Positions 37,901 through 53,800 of a stretch of DNA of 64,000 nucleotides are shown here, piece by piece. The stretch's first letter is position 1. The number at the start of each line of letters is the position of its first letter. The stretch is from Eledone cirrhosa (taxonomy: Eukaryota), in NCBI GenBank assembly GCA_964016885.1, contig OZ024743.1, positions 234,112,001 through 234,176,000 on the forward strand, written 5' to 3'. The notes beneath the pieces were generated by a model. The model was not told the origin of the DNA and ran no database searches. It saw only the letters and a program-made list of their open reading frames with translations. The position numbers and the translations under genes are program-made.

Positions 37901-40900
37901 GCCACACATAGCCAATGAGTGTCTGCACATGTACCAGTAATTACAGATCGATCCGACCACGGGCGGCCGGCCCGCGATTGAAAAGGTAACTCCGCCGGCA
38001 AATCGTCATTTTTGGATTCGTTTTCTTCGAAGCACACCATTCGCCGGCGGACTTTGTTGACGTTTAACACGGTTTGGTTCCACAGCCACAACTATTGATT
38101 TTACGGAGATATCTTGCTGAAATTCACGCCACACATAGCCAATGAGTCTCTGCACATGTACCAGTAATTACAGATCGATCCGACCACGGGCGGTCGGTTT
38201 GCGATTGAAAAGGTAACTCCGCCGGCAAATCGTCATTTTTGGATTCGTTTTCTTCGAAGCACACCATTCGCCGGCGGACTTTGTTGACGTTTAACACGGT
38301 TTGGTTCCACAGCCACAACTATTGATTTTACGGAGATATCTTGCTGAAATTCACGCCACACATAGCCAATGAGTGTCTGCACATGTACCAGTAATTACAG
38401 ATCGATCCGACCACGGGCGGCCGGCCCGCGATTGAAAAGGTAACTCCGCCGGCAAATCGTCATTTTTGGATTCGTTTTCTTCGAAGCACACCATTCGCCG
38501 GCGGACTTTGTTGACGTTTAACACGGTTTGGTTCCACAGCCACAACTATTGATTTTACGGAGATATCTTGCTGAAATTCACGCCACACATAGCCAATGAG
38601 TCTCTGCACATGTACCAGTAATTACAGATCGATCCGACCACGGGCGGTCGGCCCGCGATTGAAAAGGTAACTCCGCCGGCAAATCGTCATTTTTGGATTC
38701 GTTTTCTTCGAAGCACACCATTCGCCGGCGGACTTTGTTGACGTTTAACACGGTTTGGTTCCACAGCCACAACTATTGATTTTACGGAGATATCTTGCTG
38801 AAATTCACGCCACACATAGCCAATGAGTGTCTGCACATGTACCAGTAATTACAGATCGATCCGACCACGGGCGGCCGGCCCGCGATTGAAAAGGTAACTC
38901 CGCCGGCAAATCGTCATTTTTGGATTCGTTTTCTTCGAAGCACACCATTCGCCGGCGGACTTTGTTGACGTTTAACACGGTTTGGTTCCACAGCCACAAC
39001 TATTGATTTTACGGAGATATCTTGCTGAAATTCACGCCACACATAGCCAATGAGTCTCTGCACATGTACCAGTAATTACAGATCGATCCGACCACGGGCG
39101 GTCGGTTTGCGATTGAAAAGGTAACTCCGCCGGCAAATCGTCATTTTTGGATTCGTTTTCTTCGAAGCACACCATTCGCCGGCGGACTTTGTTGACGTTT
39201 AAGACGGTTTGGTTCCACAGCCACGACTATTGATTTTACGGAGATATCTTCCTGAAATTCACGCCACACATAGCCAATGAGTGTCTGCACATGTACCAGT
39301 AATTACAGATCGATCCGACCACGGGCGGCCGGCCCGCGATTGAAAAGGTAACTCCGCCGGCAAATCGTCATTTTTGGATTCGTTTTCTTCGAAGCACACC
39401 ATTCGCCGGCGGACTTTGTTGACGTTTAACACGGTTTGGTTCCACAGCCACAACTATTGATTTTACGGAGATATCTTGCTGAAATTCACGCCACACATAG
39501 CCAATGAGTCTCTGCACATGTACCAGTAATTACAGATCGATCCGACCACGGGCGGTCGGCCCGCGATTGAAAAGGTAACTCCGCCGGCAAATCGTCATTT
39601 TTGGATTCGTTTTCTTCGAAGCACACCATTCGCCGGCGGACTTTGTTGACGTTTAACACGGTTTGGTTCCACAGCCACAACTATTGATTTTACGGAGATA
39701 TCTTGCTGAAATTCACGCCACACATAGCCAATGAGTGTCTGCACATGTACCAGTAATTACAGATCGATCCGACCACGGGCGGCCGGCCCGCGATTGAAAA
39801 GGTAACTCCGCCGGCAAATCGTCATTTTTGGATTCGTTTTCTTCGAAGCACACCATTCGCCGGCGGACTTTGTTGACGTTTAACACGGTTTGGTTCCACA
39901 GCCACAACTATTGATTTTACGGAGATATCTTGCTGAAATTCACGCCACACATAGCCAATGAGTGTCTGCACATGTACCAGTAATTACAGATCGATCCGAC
40001 CACGGGCGGCCGGCCCGCGATTGAAAAGGTAACTCCGCCGGCAAATCGTCATTTTTGGATTCGTTTTCTTCGAAGCACACCATTCGCCGGCGGACTTTGT
40101 TGACGTTTAACACGGTTTGGTTCCACAGCCACAACTATTGATTTTACGGAGATATCTTGCTGAAATTCACGCCACACATAGCCAATGAGTCTCTGCACAT
40201 GTACCAGTAATTACAGATCGATCCGACCACGGGCGGTGGGTTTGCGATTGAAAAGGTAACTCCGCCGGCAAATCGTCATTTTTGGATTCGTTTTCTTCGA
40301 AGCACACCATTCGCCGGCTGACTTTGTTGACGTTTAACACGGTTTGGTTCCACAGCCACAACTATTGATTTTAAGGAGATATCTTGCTGAAATTCACGCC
40401 ACACATAGCCAATGAGTGTCTGCACAGGTACCAGTAATTACAGATCGATCCGACCACGGGCGGCCGGCCCGCGATTGAAAAGGTAACTCCGCCGGCAAAT
40501 CGTCATTTTTGGATTCGTTTTCTTCGAAGCACACCATTCGCCGGCGGACTTTGTTGACGTTTAACACGGTTTGGTTCCACAGCCACAACTATTGATTTTA
40601 CGGAGATATCTTGCTGAAATTCACGCCACACATAGCCAATGAGTCTCTGCACATGTACCAGTAATTACAGATCGATCCGACCACGGGCGGTCGGTTTGCG
40701 ATTGAAAAGGTAACTCCGCCGGCAAATCGTCATTTTTGGATTCGTTTTCTTCGAAGCACACCATTCGCCGGCGGACTTTGTTGACGTTTAAGACGGTTTG
40801 GTTCCACAGCCACAACTATTGATTTTACGGAGATATCTTCCTGAAATTCACGCCACACATAGCCAATGAGTGTCTGCACATGTACCAGTAATTACAGATC

Positions 40901-43900
40901 GATCCGACCACGGACGGCCGGTTTGCGATTGAAAAGGTAACTCCGCCGGCAAATCGTCATTTTTGGATTCGTTTTCTTCGAAGCACACCATTCGCCGGCG
41001 GACTTTGTTGACGTATAACACGGTTTGGTTCCACAGCCACAACTATTGATTTTACGGAGATATCTTGCTGAAATTCACGCCACACATAGCCAATGAGTGT
41101 CTGCACATGTACCAGTAATTACAGATCGATCCGACCACGGGCGGCCGGCCCGCGATTGAAAAGGTAACTCCGCCGGCAAATCGTCATTTTTGGATTCGTT
41201 TTCTTCGAAGCACACCATTCGCCGGCGGACTTTGTTGACGTTTAACACGGTTTGGTTCCACAGCCACAACTATTGATTTTACGGAGATATCTTGCTGAAA
41301 TTCACGCCACACATAGCCAATGAGTGTCTGCACATGTACCAGTAATTACAGATCGATCCGACCACGGGCGGCCGGCCCGCGATTGAAAAGGTAACTCCGC
41401 CGGCAAATCGTCATTTTTGGATTCGTTTTCTTCGAAGCACACCATTCGCCGGCGGACTTTGTTGACGTTTAACACGGTTTGGTTCCACAGCCACAACTAT
41501 TGATTTTACGGAGATATCTTGCTGAAATTCACGCCACACATAGCCAATGAGTCTCTGCACATGTACCAGTAATTACAGATCGATCCGACCACGGGCGGTG
41601 GGTTTGCGATTGAAAAGGTAACTCCGCCGGCAAATCGTCATTTTTGGATTCGTTTTCTTCGAAGCACACCATTCGCCGGCTGACTTTGTTGACGTTTAAC
41701 ACGGTTTGGTTCCACAGCCACAACTATTGATTTTAAGGAGATATCTTGCTGAAATTCACGCCACACATAGCCAATGAGTGTCTGCACAGGTACCAGTAAT
41801 TACAGATCGATCCGACCACGGGCGGCCGGCCCGCGATTGAAAAGGTAACTCCGCCGGCAAATCGTCATTTTTGGATTCGTTTTCTTCGAAGCACACCATT
41901 CGCCGGCGGACTTTGTTGACGTTTAACACGGTTTGGTTCCACAGCCACAACTATTGATTTTACGGAGATATCTTGCTGAAATTCACGCCACACATAGCCA
42001 ATGAGTCTCTGCACATGTACCAGTAATTACAGATCGATCCGACCACGGGCGGTCGGTTTGCGATTGAAAAGGTAACTCCGCCGGCAAATCGTCATTTTTG
42101 GATTCGTTTTCTTCGAAGCACACCATTCGCCGGCGGACTTTGTTGACGTTTAAGACGGTTTGGTTCCACAGCCACAACTATTGATTTTACGGAGATATCT
42201 TCCTGAAATTCACGCCACACATAGCCAATGAGTGTCTGCACATGTACCAGTAATTACAGATCGATCCGACCACGGACGGCCGGTTTGCGATTGAAAAGGT
42301 AACTCCGCCGGCAAATCGTCATTTTTGGATTCGTTTTCTTCGAAGCACACCATTCGCCGGCGGACTTTGTTGACGTTTAACACGGTTTGGTTCCACAGCC
42401 ACAACTATTGATTTTACGGAGATATCTTGCTGAAATTCACGCCACACATAGCCAATGAGTGTCTGCACATGTACCAGTAATTACAGATCGATCCGACCAC
42501 GGGCGGCCGGCCCGCGATTGAAAAGGTAACTCCGCCGGCAAATCGTCATTTTTGGATTCGTTTTCTTCGAAGCACACCATTCGCCGGCGGACTTTGTTGA
42601 CGTTTAACACGGTTTGGTTCCACAGCCACAACTATTGATTTTACGGAGATATCTTGCTGAAATTCACGCCACACATAGCCAATGAGTGTCTGCACATGTA
42701 CCAGTAATTACAGATCGATCCGACCACGGGCGGCCGGCCCGCGATTGAAAAGGTAACTCCGCCGGCAAATCGTCATTTTTGGATTCGTTTTCTTCGAAGC
42801 ACACCATTCGCCGGCGGACTTTGTTGACGTTTAACACGGTTTGGTTCCACAGCCACAACTATTGATTTTACGGAGATATCTTGCTGAAATTCACGCCACA
42901 CATAGCCAATGAGTCTCTGCACATGTACCAGTAATTACAGATCGATCCGACCACGGGCGGTCGGTTTGCGATTGAAAAGGTAACTCCGCCGGCAAATCGT
43001 CATTTTTGGATTCGTTTTCTTCGAAGCACACCATTCGCCGGCGGACTTTGTTGACGTTTAACACGGTTTGGTTCCACAGCCACAACTATTGATTTTACGG
43101 AGATATCTTGCTGAAATTCACGCCACACATAGCCAATGAGTGTCTGCACATGTACCAGTAATTACAGATCGATCCGACCACGGGCGGCCGGCCCGCGATT
43201 GAAAAGGTAACTCCGCCGGCAAATCGTCATTTTTGGATTCGTTTTCTTCGAAGCACACCATTCGCCGGCGGACTTTGTTGACGTTTAACACGGTTTGGTT
43301 CCACAGCCACAACTATTGATTTTACGGAGATATCTTGCTGAAATTCACGCCACACATAGCCAATGAGTCTCTGCACATGTACCAGTAATTACAGATCGAT
43401 CCGACCACGGGCGGTCGGCCCGCGATTGAAAAGGTAACTCCGCCGGCAAATCGTCATTTTTGGATTCGTTTTCTTCGAAGCACACCATTCGCCGGCGGAC
43501 TTTGTTGACGTTTAACACGGTTTGGTTCCACAGCCACAACTATTGATTTTACGGAGATATCTTGCTGAAATTCACGCCACACATAGCCAATGAGTGTCTG
43601 CACATGTACCAGTAATTACAGATCGATCCGACCACGGGCGGCCGGCCCGCGATTGAAAAGGTAACTCCGCCGGCAAATCGTCATTTTTGGATTCGTTTTC
43701 TTCGAAGCACACCATTCGCCGGCGGACTTTGTTGACGTTTAACACGGTTTGGTTCCACAGCCACAACTATTGATTTTACGGAGATATCTTGCTGAAATTC
43801 ACGCCACACATAGCCAATGAGTCTCTGCACATGTACCAGTAATTACAGATCGATCCGACCACGGGCGGTCGGTTTGCGATTGAAAAGGTAACTCCGCCGG

Positions 43901-44479
43901 CAAATCGTCATTTTTGGATTCGTTTTCTTCGAAGCACACCATTCGCCGGCGGACTTTGTTGACGTTTAAGACGGTTTGGTTCCACAGCCACGACTATTGA
44001 TTTTACGGAGATATCTTCCTGAAATTCACGCCACACATAGCCAATGAGTGTCTGCACATGTACCAGTAATTACAGATCGATCCGACCACGGGCGGCCGGC
44101 CCGCGATTGAAAAGGTAACTCCGCCGGCAAATCGTCATTTTTGGATTCGTTTTCTTCGAAGCACACCATTCGCCGGCGGACTTTGTTGACGTTTAACACG
44201 GTTTGGTTCCACAGCCACAACTATTGATTTTACGGAGATATCTTGCTGAAATTCACGCCACACATAGCCAATGAGTCTCTGCACATGTACCAGTAATTAC
44301 AGATCGATCCGACCACGGGCGGTCGGCCCGCGATTGAAAAGGTAACTCCGCCGGCAAATCGTCATTTTTGGATTCGTTTTCTTCGAAGCACACCATTCGC
44401 CGGCGGACTTTGTTGACGTTTAACACGGTTTGGTTCCACAGCCACAACTATTGATTTTACGGAGATATCTTGCTGAAAT
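34946..44479. repeat. Tandem higher-order duplication of a 21-monomer (4,767-bp) block containing an internal 6-mer repeat
   Basis: Rare markers gacgtAta (36248/41015), ccacGact (39225/43992) and ggTcggCCCg monomers (38578/43345, 39486/44253) are all offset by 4,767. ggtGggttt monomers recur at 35400/36762 and 40167/41529 (6-mer). Confidence 0.9.
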
Positions 44480-47400
44480 TCACGCCACACATAGCCAATG
44501 AGTGTCTGCACATGTACCAGTAATTACAGATCGATCCGACCACGGGCGGCCGGCCCGCGATTGAAAAGGTAACTCCGCCGGCAAATCGTCATTTTTGGAT
44601 TCGTTTTCTTCGAAGCACACCATTCGCCGGCGGACTTTGTTGACGTTTAACACGGTTTGGTTCCACAGCCACAACTATTGATTTTACGGAGATATCTTGC
44701 TGAAATTCACGCCACACATAGCCAATGAGTCTCTGCACATGTACCAGTAATTACAGATCGATCCGACCACGGGCGGTCGGTTTGCGATTGAAAAGGTAAC
44801 TCCGCCGGCAAATCGTCATTTTTGGATTCGTTTTCTTCGAAGCACACCATTCGCCGGCGGACTTTGTTGACGTTTAAGACGGTTTGGTTCCACAGCCACG
44901 ACTATTGATTTTACGGAGATATCTTCCTGAAATTCACGCCACACATAGCCAATGAGTGTCTGCACATGTACCAGTAATTACAGATCGATCCGACCACGGG
45001 CGGCCGGCCCGCGATTGAAAAGGTAACTCCGCCGGCAAATCGTCATTTTTGGATTCGTTTTCTTCGAAGCACACCATTCGCCGGCTGACTTTGTTGACGT
45101 TTAACACGGTTTGGTTCCACAGCCACAACTATTGATTTTACGGAGATATCTTGCTGAAATTCACGCCACACATAGCCAATGAGTCTCTGCACATGTACCA
45201 GTAATTACAGATCGATCCGACCACGGGCGGTGGGTTTGCGATTGAAAAGGTAACTCCGCCGGCAAATCGTCATTTTTGGATTCGTTTTCTTCGAAGCACA
45301 CCATTCGCCGGCTGACTTTGTTGACGTTTAACACGGTTTGGTTCCACAGCCACAACTATTGATTTTAAGGAGATATCTTGCTGAAATTCACGCCACACAT
45401 AGCCAATGAGTGTCTGCACAGGTACCAGTAATTACAGATCGATCCGACCACGGGCGGTGGGTTTGCGATTGAAAAGGTAACTCCGCCGGCAAATCGTCAT
45501 TTTTGGATTCGTTTTCTTCGAAGCACACCATTCGCCGGCTGACTTTGTTGACGTTTAACACGGTTTGGTTCCACAGCCACAACTATTGATTTTAAGGAGA
45601 TATCTTGCTGAAATTCACGCCACACATAGCCAATGAGTGTCTGCACAGGTACCAGTAATTACAGATCGATCCGACCACGGGCGGCCGGCCCGCGATTGAA
45701 AAGGTAACTCCGCCGGCAAATCGTCATTTTTGGATTCGTTTTCTTCGAAGCACACCATTCGCCGGCGGACTTTGTTGACGTTTAACACGGTTTGGTTCCA
45801 CAGCCACAACTATTGATTTTACGGAGATATCTTGCTGAAATTCACGCCACACATAGCCAATGAGTCTCTGCACATGTACCAGTAATTACAGATCGATCCG
45901 ACCACGGGCGGTCGGTTTGCGATTGAAAAGGTAACTCCGCCGGCAAATCGTCATTTTTGGATTCGTTTTCTTCGAAGCACACCATTCGCCGGCGGACTTT
46001 GTTGACGTTTAAGACGGTTTGGTTCCACAGCCACAACTATTGATTTTACGGAGATATCTTCCTGAAATTCACGCCACACATAGCCAATGAGTGTCTGCAC
46101 ATGTACCAGTAATTACAGATCGATCCGACCACGGGCGGCCGGCCCGCGATTGAAAAGGTAACTCCGCCGGCAAATCGTCATTTTTGGATTCGTTTTCTTC
46201 GAAGCACACCATTCGCCGGCGGACTTTGTTGACGTTTAACACGGTTTGGTTCCACAGCCACAACTATTGATTTTACGGAGATATCTTGCTGAAATTCACG
46301 CCACACATAGCCAATGAGTGTCTGCACATGTACCAGTAATTACAGATCGATCCGACCACGGGCGGCCGGCCCGCGATTGAAAAGGTAACTCCGCCGGCAA
46401 ATCGTCATTTTTGGATTCGTTTTCTTCGAAGCACACCATTCGCCGGCGGACTTTGTTGACGTTTAACACGGTTTGGTTCCACAGCCACAACTATTGATTT
46501 TACGGAGATATCTTGCTGAAATTCACGCCACACATAGCCAATGAGTCTCTGCACATGTACCAGTAATTACAGATCGATCCGACCACGGGCGGTCGGTTTG
46601 CGATTGAAAAGGTAACTCCGCCGGCAAATCGTCATTTTTGGATTCGTTTTCTTCGAAGCACACCATTCGCCGGCGGACTTTGTTGACGTTTAACACGGTT
46701 TGGTTCCACAGCCACAACTATTGATTTTACGGAGATATCTTGCTGAAATTCACGCCACACATAGCCAATGAGTGTCTGCACATGTACCAGTAATTACAGA
46801 TCGATCCGACCACGGGCGGCCGGCCCGCGATTGAAAAGGTAACTCCGCCGGCAAATCGTCATTTTTGGATTCGTTTTCTTCGAAGCACACCATTCGCCGG
46901 CGGACTTTGTTGACGTTTAACACGGTTTGGTTCCACAGCCACAACTATTGATTTTACGGAGATATCTTCCTGAAATTCACGCCACACATAGCCAATGAGT
47001 GTCTGCACATGTACCAGTAATTACAGATCGATCCGACCACGGGCGGCCGGCCCGCGATTGAAAAGGTAACTCCGCCGGCAAATCGTCATTTTTGGATTCG
47101 TTTTCTTCGAAGCACACCATTCGCCGGCTGACTTTGTTGACGTTTAACACGGTTTGGTTCCACAGCCACAACTATTGATTTTACGGAGATATCTTGCTGA
47201 AATTCACGCCACACATAGCCAATGAGTGTCTGCACATGTACCAGTAATTACAGATCGATCCGACCACGGGCGGTCGGTTTGCGATTGAAAAGGTAACTCC
47301 GCCGGCAAATCGTCATTTTTGGATTCGTTTTCTTCGAAGCACACCATTCGCCGGCGGACTTTGTTGACGTTTAACACGGTTTGGTTCCACAGCCACAACT

Positions 47401-47884
47401 ATTGATTTTACGGAGATATCTTGCTGAAATTCACGCCACACATAGCCAATGAGTGTCTGCACATGTATCAGTAATTACAGATCGATCCGACCACGGGCGG
47501 CCGGCCCGCGATTGAAAAGGTAACTCCGCCGGCAAATCGTCATTTTTGGATTCGTTTTCTTCGAAGCACACCATTCGCCGGCGGACTTTGTTGACGTTTA
47601 ACACGGTTTGGTTCCACAGCCACAACTATTGATTTTACGGAGATATCTTGCTGAAATTCACGCCACACATAGCCAATGAGTGTCTGCACATGTACCAGTA
47701 ATTACAGATCGATCCGACCACGGGCGGCCGGCCCGCGATTGAAAAGGTAACTCCGCCGGCAAATCGTCATTTTTGGATTCGTTTTCTTCGAAGCACACCA
47801 TTCGCCGGCGGACTTTGTTGACGTTTAACACGGTTTGGTTCCACAGCCACAACTATTGATTTTACGGAGATATCTTGCTGAAAT

Positions 47885-50800
47885 TCACGCCACACATAGC
47901 CAATGAGTCTCTGCACATGTACCATTAATTACAGATCGATCCGACCACGGGCGGTCGGTTTGCGATTGAAAAGGTAACTCCGCCGGCAAATCGTCATTTT
48001 TGGATTCGTTTTCTTCGAAGCACACCATTCGCCGGCTGACTTTGTTGACGTTTAACACGGTTTGGTTCCACAGCCACAACTATTGATTTTAAGGAGATAT
48101 CTTGCTGAAATTCACGCCACACATAGCCAATGAGTGTCTGCACAGGTACCAGTAATTACAGATCGATCCGACCACGGGCGGCCGGCCCGCGATTGAAAAG
48201 GTAACTCCGCCGGCAAATCGTCATTTTTGGATTCGTTTTCTTCGAAGCACACCATTCGCCGGCGGACTTTGTTGACGTTTAACACGGTTTGGTTCCACAG
48301 CCACAACTATTGATTTTACGGAGATATCTTGCTGAAATTCACGCCACACATAGCCAATGAGTGTCTGCACATGTACCAGTAATTACAGATCGATCCGACC
48401 ACGGGCGGCCGGCCCGCGATTGAAAAGGTAACTCCGCCGGCAAATCGTCATTTTTGGATTCGTTTTCTTCGAAGCACACCATTCGCCGGCGGACTTTGTT
48501 GACGTTTAACACGGTTTGGTTCCACAGCCACAACTATTGATTTTACGGAGATATCTTGCTGAAATTCACGCCACACATAGCCAATGAGTGTCTGCACATG
48601 TACCAGTAATTACAGATCGATCCGACCACGGGCGGCCGGCCCGCGATTGAAAAGGTAACTCCGCCGGCAAATCGTCATTTTTGGATTCGTTTTCTTCGAA
48701 GCACACCATTCGCCGGCGGACTTTGTTGACGTTTAACACGGTTTGGTTCCACAGCCACAACTATTGATTTTACGGAGATATCTTGCTGAAATTCACGCCA
48801 CACATAGCCAATGAGTCTCTGCACATGTACCAGTAATTACAGATCGATCCGACCACGGGCGGTGGGTTTGCGATTGAAAAGGTAACTCCGCCGGCAAATC
48901 GTCATTTTTGGATTCGTTTTCTTCGAAGCACACCATTCGCCGGCTGACTTTGTTGACGTTTAACACGGTTTGGTTCGACAGCCACAACTATTGATTTTAA
49001 GGAGATATCTTGCTGAAATTCACGCCACACATAGCCAATGAGTGTCTGCACAGGTACCAGTAATTACAGATCGATCCGACCACGGGCGGCCGGCCCGCGA
49101 TTGAAAAGGTAACTCCGCCGGCAAATCGTCATTTTTGGATTCGTTTTCTTCGAAGCACACCATTCGCCGGCGGACTTTGTTGACGTTTAACACGGTTTGG
49201 TTCCACAGCCACAACTATTGATTTTACGGAGATATCTTGCTGAAATTCACGCCACACATAGCCAATGAGTCTCTGCACATGTACCAGTAATTACAGATCG
49301 ATCCGACCACGGGCGGTCGGTTTGCGATTGAAAAGGTAACTCCGCCGGCAAATCGTCATTTTTGGATTCGTTTTCTTCGAAGCACACCATTCGCCGGCGG
49401 ACTTTGTTGACGTTTAAGACGGTTTGGTTCCACAGCCACAACTATTGATTTTACGGAGATATCTTCCTGAAATTCACGCCACACATAGCCAATGAGTGTC
49501 TGCACATGTACCAGTAATTACAGATCGATCCGACCACGGACGGCCGGTTTGCGATTGAAAAGGTAACTCCGCCGGCAAATCGTCATTTTTGGATTCGTTT
49601 TCTTCGAAGCACACCATTCGCCGGCGGACTTTGTTGACGTTTAACACGGTTTGGTTCCACAGCCACAACTATTGATTTTACGGAGATATCTTGCTGAAAT
49701 TCACGCCACACATAGCCAATGAGTGTCTGCACATGTACCAGTAATTACAGATCGATCCGACCACGGGCGGCCGGCCCGCGATTGAAAAGGTAACTCCGCC
49801 GGCAAATCGTCATTTTTGGATTCGTTTTCTTCGAAGCACACCATTCGCCGGCTGACTTTGTTGATGTTTAACACGGTTTGGTTCCACAGCCACAACTATT
49901 GATTTTAAGGAGATATCTTGCTGAAATTCACGCCACACATAGCCAATGAGTGTCTGCACAGGTACCAGTAATTACAGATCGATCCGACCACGGGCGGCCG
50001 GCCCGCTATTGAAAAGGTAACTCCGCCGGCAAATCGTCATTTTTGGATTCGTTTTCTTCGAAGCACACCATTCGCCGGCGGACTTTGTTGACGTTTAACA
50101 CGGTTTGGTTCCACAGCCACAACTATTGATTTTACGGAGATATCTTGCTGAAATTCACGCCACACATAGCCAATGAGTCTCTGCACATGTACCAGTAATT
50201 ACAGATCGATCCGACCACGGGCGGTCGGTTTGCGATTGAAAAGGTAACTCCGCCGGCAAATCGTCATTTTTGGATTCGTTTTCTTCGAAGCACACCATTC
50301 GCCGGCGGACTTTGTTGACGTTTAACACGGTTTGGTTCCACAGCCACAACTATTGATTTTACGGAGATATCTTGCTGAAATTCACGCCACACATAGCCAA
50401 TGAGTGTCTGCACATGTACCAGTAATTACAGATCGATCCGACCACGGGCGGCCGGCCCGCGATTGAAAAGGTAACTCCGCCGGCAAATCGTCATTTTTGG
50501 ATTCGTTTTCTTCGAAGCACACCATTCGCCGGCGGACTTTGTTGACGTTTAACACGGTTTGGTTCCACAGCCACAACTATTGATTTTACGGAGATATCTT
50601 GCTGAAATTCACGCCACACATAGCCAATGAGTCTCTGCACATGTACCATTAATTACAGATCGATCCGACCACGGGCGGTCGGTTTGCGATTGAAAAGGTA
50701 ACTCCGCCGGCAAATCGTCATTTTTGGATTCGTTTTCTTCGAAGCACACCATTCGCCGGCTGACTTTGTTGACGTTTAACACGGTTTGGTTCCACAGCCA

Positions 50801-53800
50801 CAACTATTGATTTTAAGGAGATATCTTGCTGAAATTCACGCCACACATAGCCAATGAGTGTCTGCACAGGTACCAGTAATTACAGATCGATCCGACCACG
50901 GGCGGCCGGCCCGCGATTGAAAAGGTAACTCCGCCGGCAAATCGTCATTTTTGGATTCGTTTTCTTCGAAGCACACCATTCGCCGGCGGACTTTGTTGAC
51001 GTTTAACACGGTTTGGTTCCACAGCCACAACTATTGATTTTACGGAGATATCTTGCTGAAATTCACGCCACACATAGCCAATGAGTCTCTGCACATGTAC
51101 CATTAATTACAGATCGATCCGACCACGGGCGGTCGGTTTGCGATTGAAAAGGTAACTCCGCCGGCAAATCGTCATTTTTGGATTCGTTTTCTTCGAAGCA
51201 CACCATTCGCCGGCTGACTTTGTTGACGTTTAACACGGTTTGGTTCCACAGCCACAACTATTGATTTTAAGGAGATATCTTGCTGAAATTCACGCCACAC
51301 ATAGCCAATGAGTGTCTGCACAGGTACCAGTAATTACAGATCGATCCGACCACGGGCGGCCGGCCCGCGATTGAAAAGGTAACTCCGCCGGCAAATCGTC
51401 ATTTTTGGATTCGTTTTCTTCGAAGCACACCATTCGCCGGCGGACTTTGTTGACGTTTAACACGGTTTGGTTCCACAGCCACAACTATTGATTTTACGGA
51501 GATATCTTGCTGAAATTCACGCCACACATAGCCAATGAGTGTCTGCACATGTACCAGTAATTACAGATCGATCCGACCACGGGCGGCCGGCCCGCGATTG
51601 AAAAGGTAACTCCGCCGGCAAATCGTCATTTTTGGATTCGTTTTCTTCGAAGCACACCATTCGCCGGCGGACTTTGTTGACGTTTAACACGGTTTGGTTC
51701 CACAGCCACAACTATTGATTTTACGGAGATATCTTGCTGAAATTCACGCCACACATAGCCAATGAGTGTCTGCACATGTACCAGTAATTACAGATCGATC
51801 CGACCACGGGCGGCCGGCCCGCGATTGAAAAGGTAACTCCGCCGGCAAATCGTCATTTTTGGATTCGTTTTCTTCGAAGCACACCATTCGCCGGCGGACT
51901 TTGTTGACGTTTAACACGGTTTGGTTCCACAGCCACAACTATTGATTTTACGGAGATATCTTGCTGAAATTCACGCCACACATAGCCAATGAGTCTCTGC
52001 ACATGTACCAGTAATTACAGATCGATCCGACCACGGGCGGTGGGTTTGCGATTGAAAAGGTAACTCCGCCGGCAAATCGTCATTTTTGGATTCGTTTTCT
52101 TCGAAGCACACCATTCGCCGGCTGACTTTGTTGACGTTTAACACGGTTTGGTTCCACAGCCACAACTATTGATTTTAAGGAGATATCTTGCTGAAATTCA
52201 CGCCACACATAGCCAATGAGTGTCTGCACAGGTACCAGTAATTACAGATCGATCCGACCACGGGCGGCCGGCCCGCGATTGAAAAGGTAACTCCGCCGGC
52301 AAATCGTCATTTTTGGATTCGTTTTCTTCGAAGCACACCATTCGCCGGCGGACTTTGTTGACGTTTAACACGGTTTGGTTCCACAGCCACAACTATTGAT
52401 TTTACGGAGATATCTTGCTGAAATTCACGCCACACATAGCCAATGAGTCTCTGCACATGTACCAGTAATTACAGATCGATCCGACCACGGGCGGTCGGTT
52501 TGCGATTGAAAAGGTAACTCCGCCGGCAAATCGTCATTTTTGGATTCGTTTTCTTCGAAGCACACCATTCGCCGGCGGACTTTGTTGACGTTTAAGACGG
52601 TTTGGTTCCACAGCCACAACTATTGATTTTACGGAGATATCTTCCTGAAATTCACGCCACACATAGCCAATGAGTGTCTGCACATGTACCAGTAATTACA
52701 GATCGATCCGACCACGGACGGCCGGTTTGCGATTGAAAAGGTAACTCCGCCGGCAAATCGTCATTTTTGGATTCGTTTTCTTCGAAGCACACCATTCGCC
52801 GGCGGACTTTGTTGACGTTTAACACGGTTTGGTTCCACAGCCACAACTATTGATTTTACGGAGATATCTTGCTGAAATTCACGCCACACATAGCCAATGA
52901 GTGTCTGCACATGTACCAGTAATTACAGATCGATCCGACCACGGGCGGCCGGCCCGCGATTGAAAAGGTAACTCCGCCGGCAAATCGTCATTTTTGGATT
53001 CGTTTTCTTCGAAGCACACCATTCGCCGGCTGACTTTGTTGATGTTTAACACGGTTTGGTTCCACAGCCACAACTATTGATTTTAAGGAGATATCTTGCT
53101 GAAATTCACGCCACACATAGCCAATGAGTGTCTGCACAGGTACCAGTAATTACAGATCGATCCGACCACGGGCGGCCGGCCCGCTATTGAAAAGGTAACT
53201 CCGCCGGCAAATCGTCATTTTTGGATTCGTTTTCTTCGAAGCACACCATTCGCCGGCGGACTTTGTTGACGTTTAACACGGTTTGGTTCCACAGCCACAA
53301 CTATTGATTTTACGGAGATATCTTGCTGAAATTCACGCCACACATAGCCAATGAGTGTCTGCACATGTACCAGTAATTACAGATCGATCCGACCACGGGC
53401 GGCCGGCCCGCGATTGAAAAGGTAACTCCGCCGGCAAATCGTCATTTTTGGATTCGTTTTCTTCGAAGCACACCATTCGCCGGCGGACTTTGTTGACGTT
53501 TAACACGGTTTGGTTCCACAGCCACAACTATTGATTTTACGGAGATATCTTGCTGAAATTCACGCCACACATAGCCAATGAGTCTCTGCACATGTACCAG
53601 TAATTACAGATCGATCCGACCACGGGCGGTCGGTTTGCGATTGAAAAGGTAACTCCGCCGGCAAATCGTCATTTTTGGATTCGTTTTCTTCGAAGCACAC
53701 CATTCGCCGGCGGACTTTGTTGACGTTTAACACGGTTTGGTTCCACAGCCACAACTATTGATTTTACGGAGATATCTTGCTGAAATTCACGCCACACATA

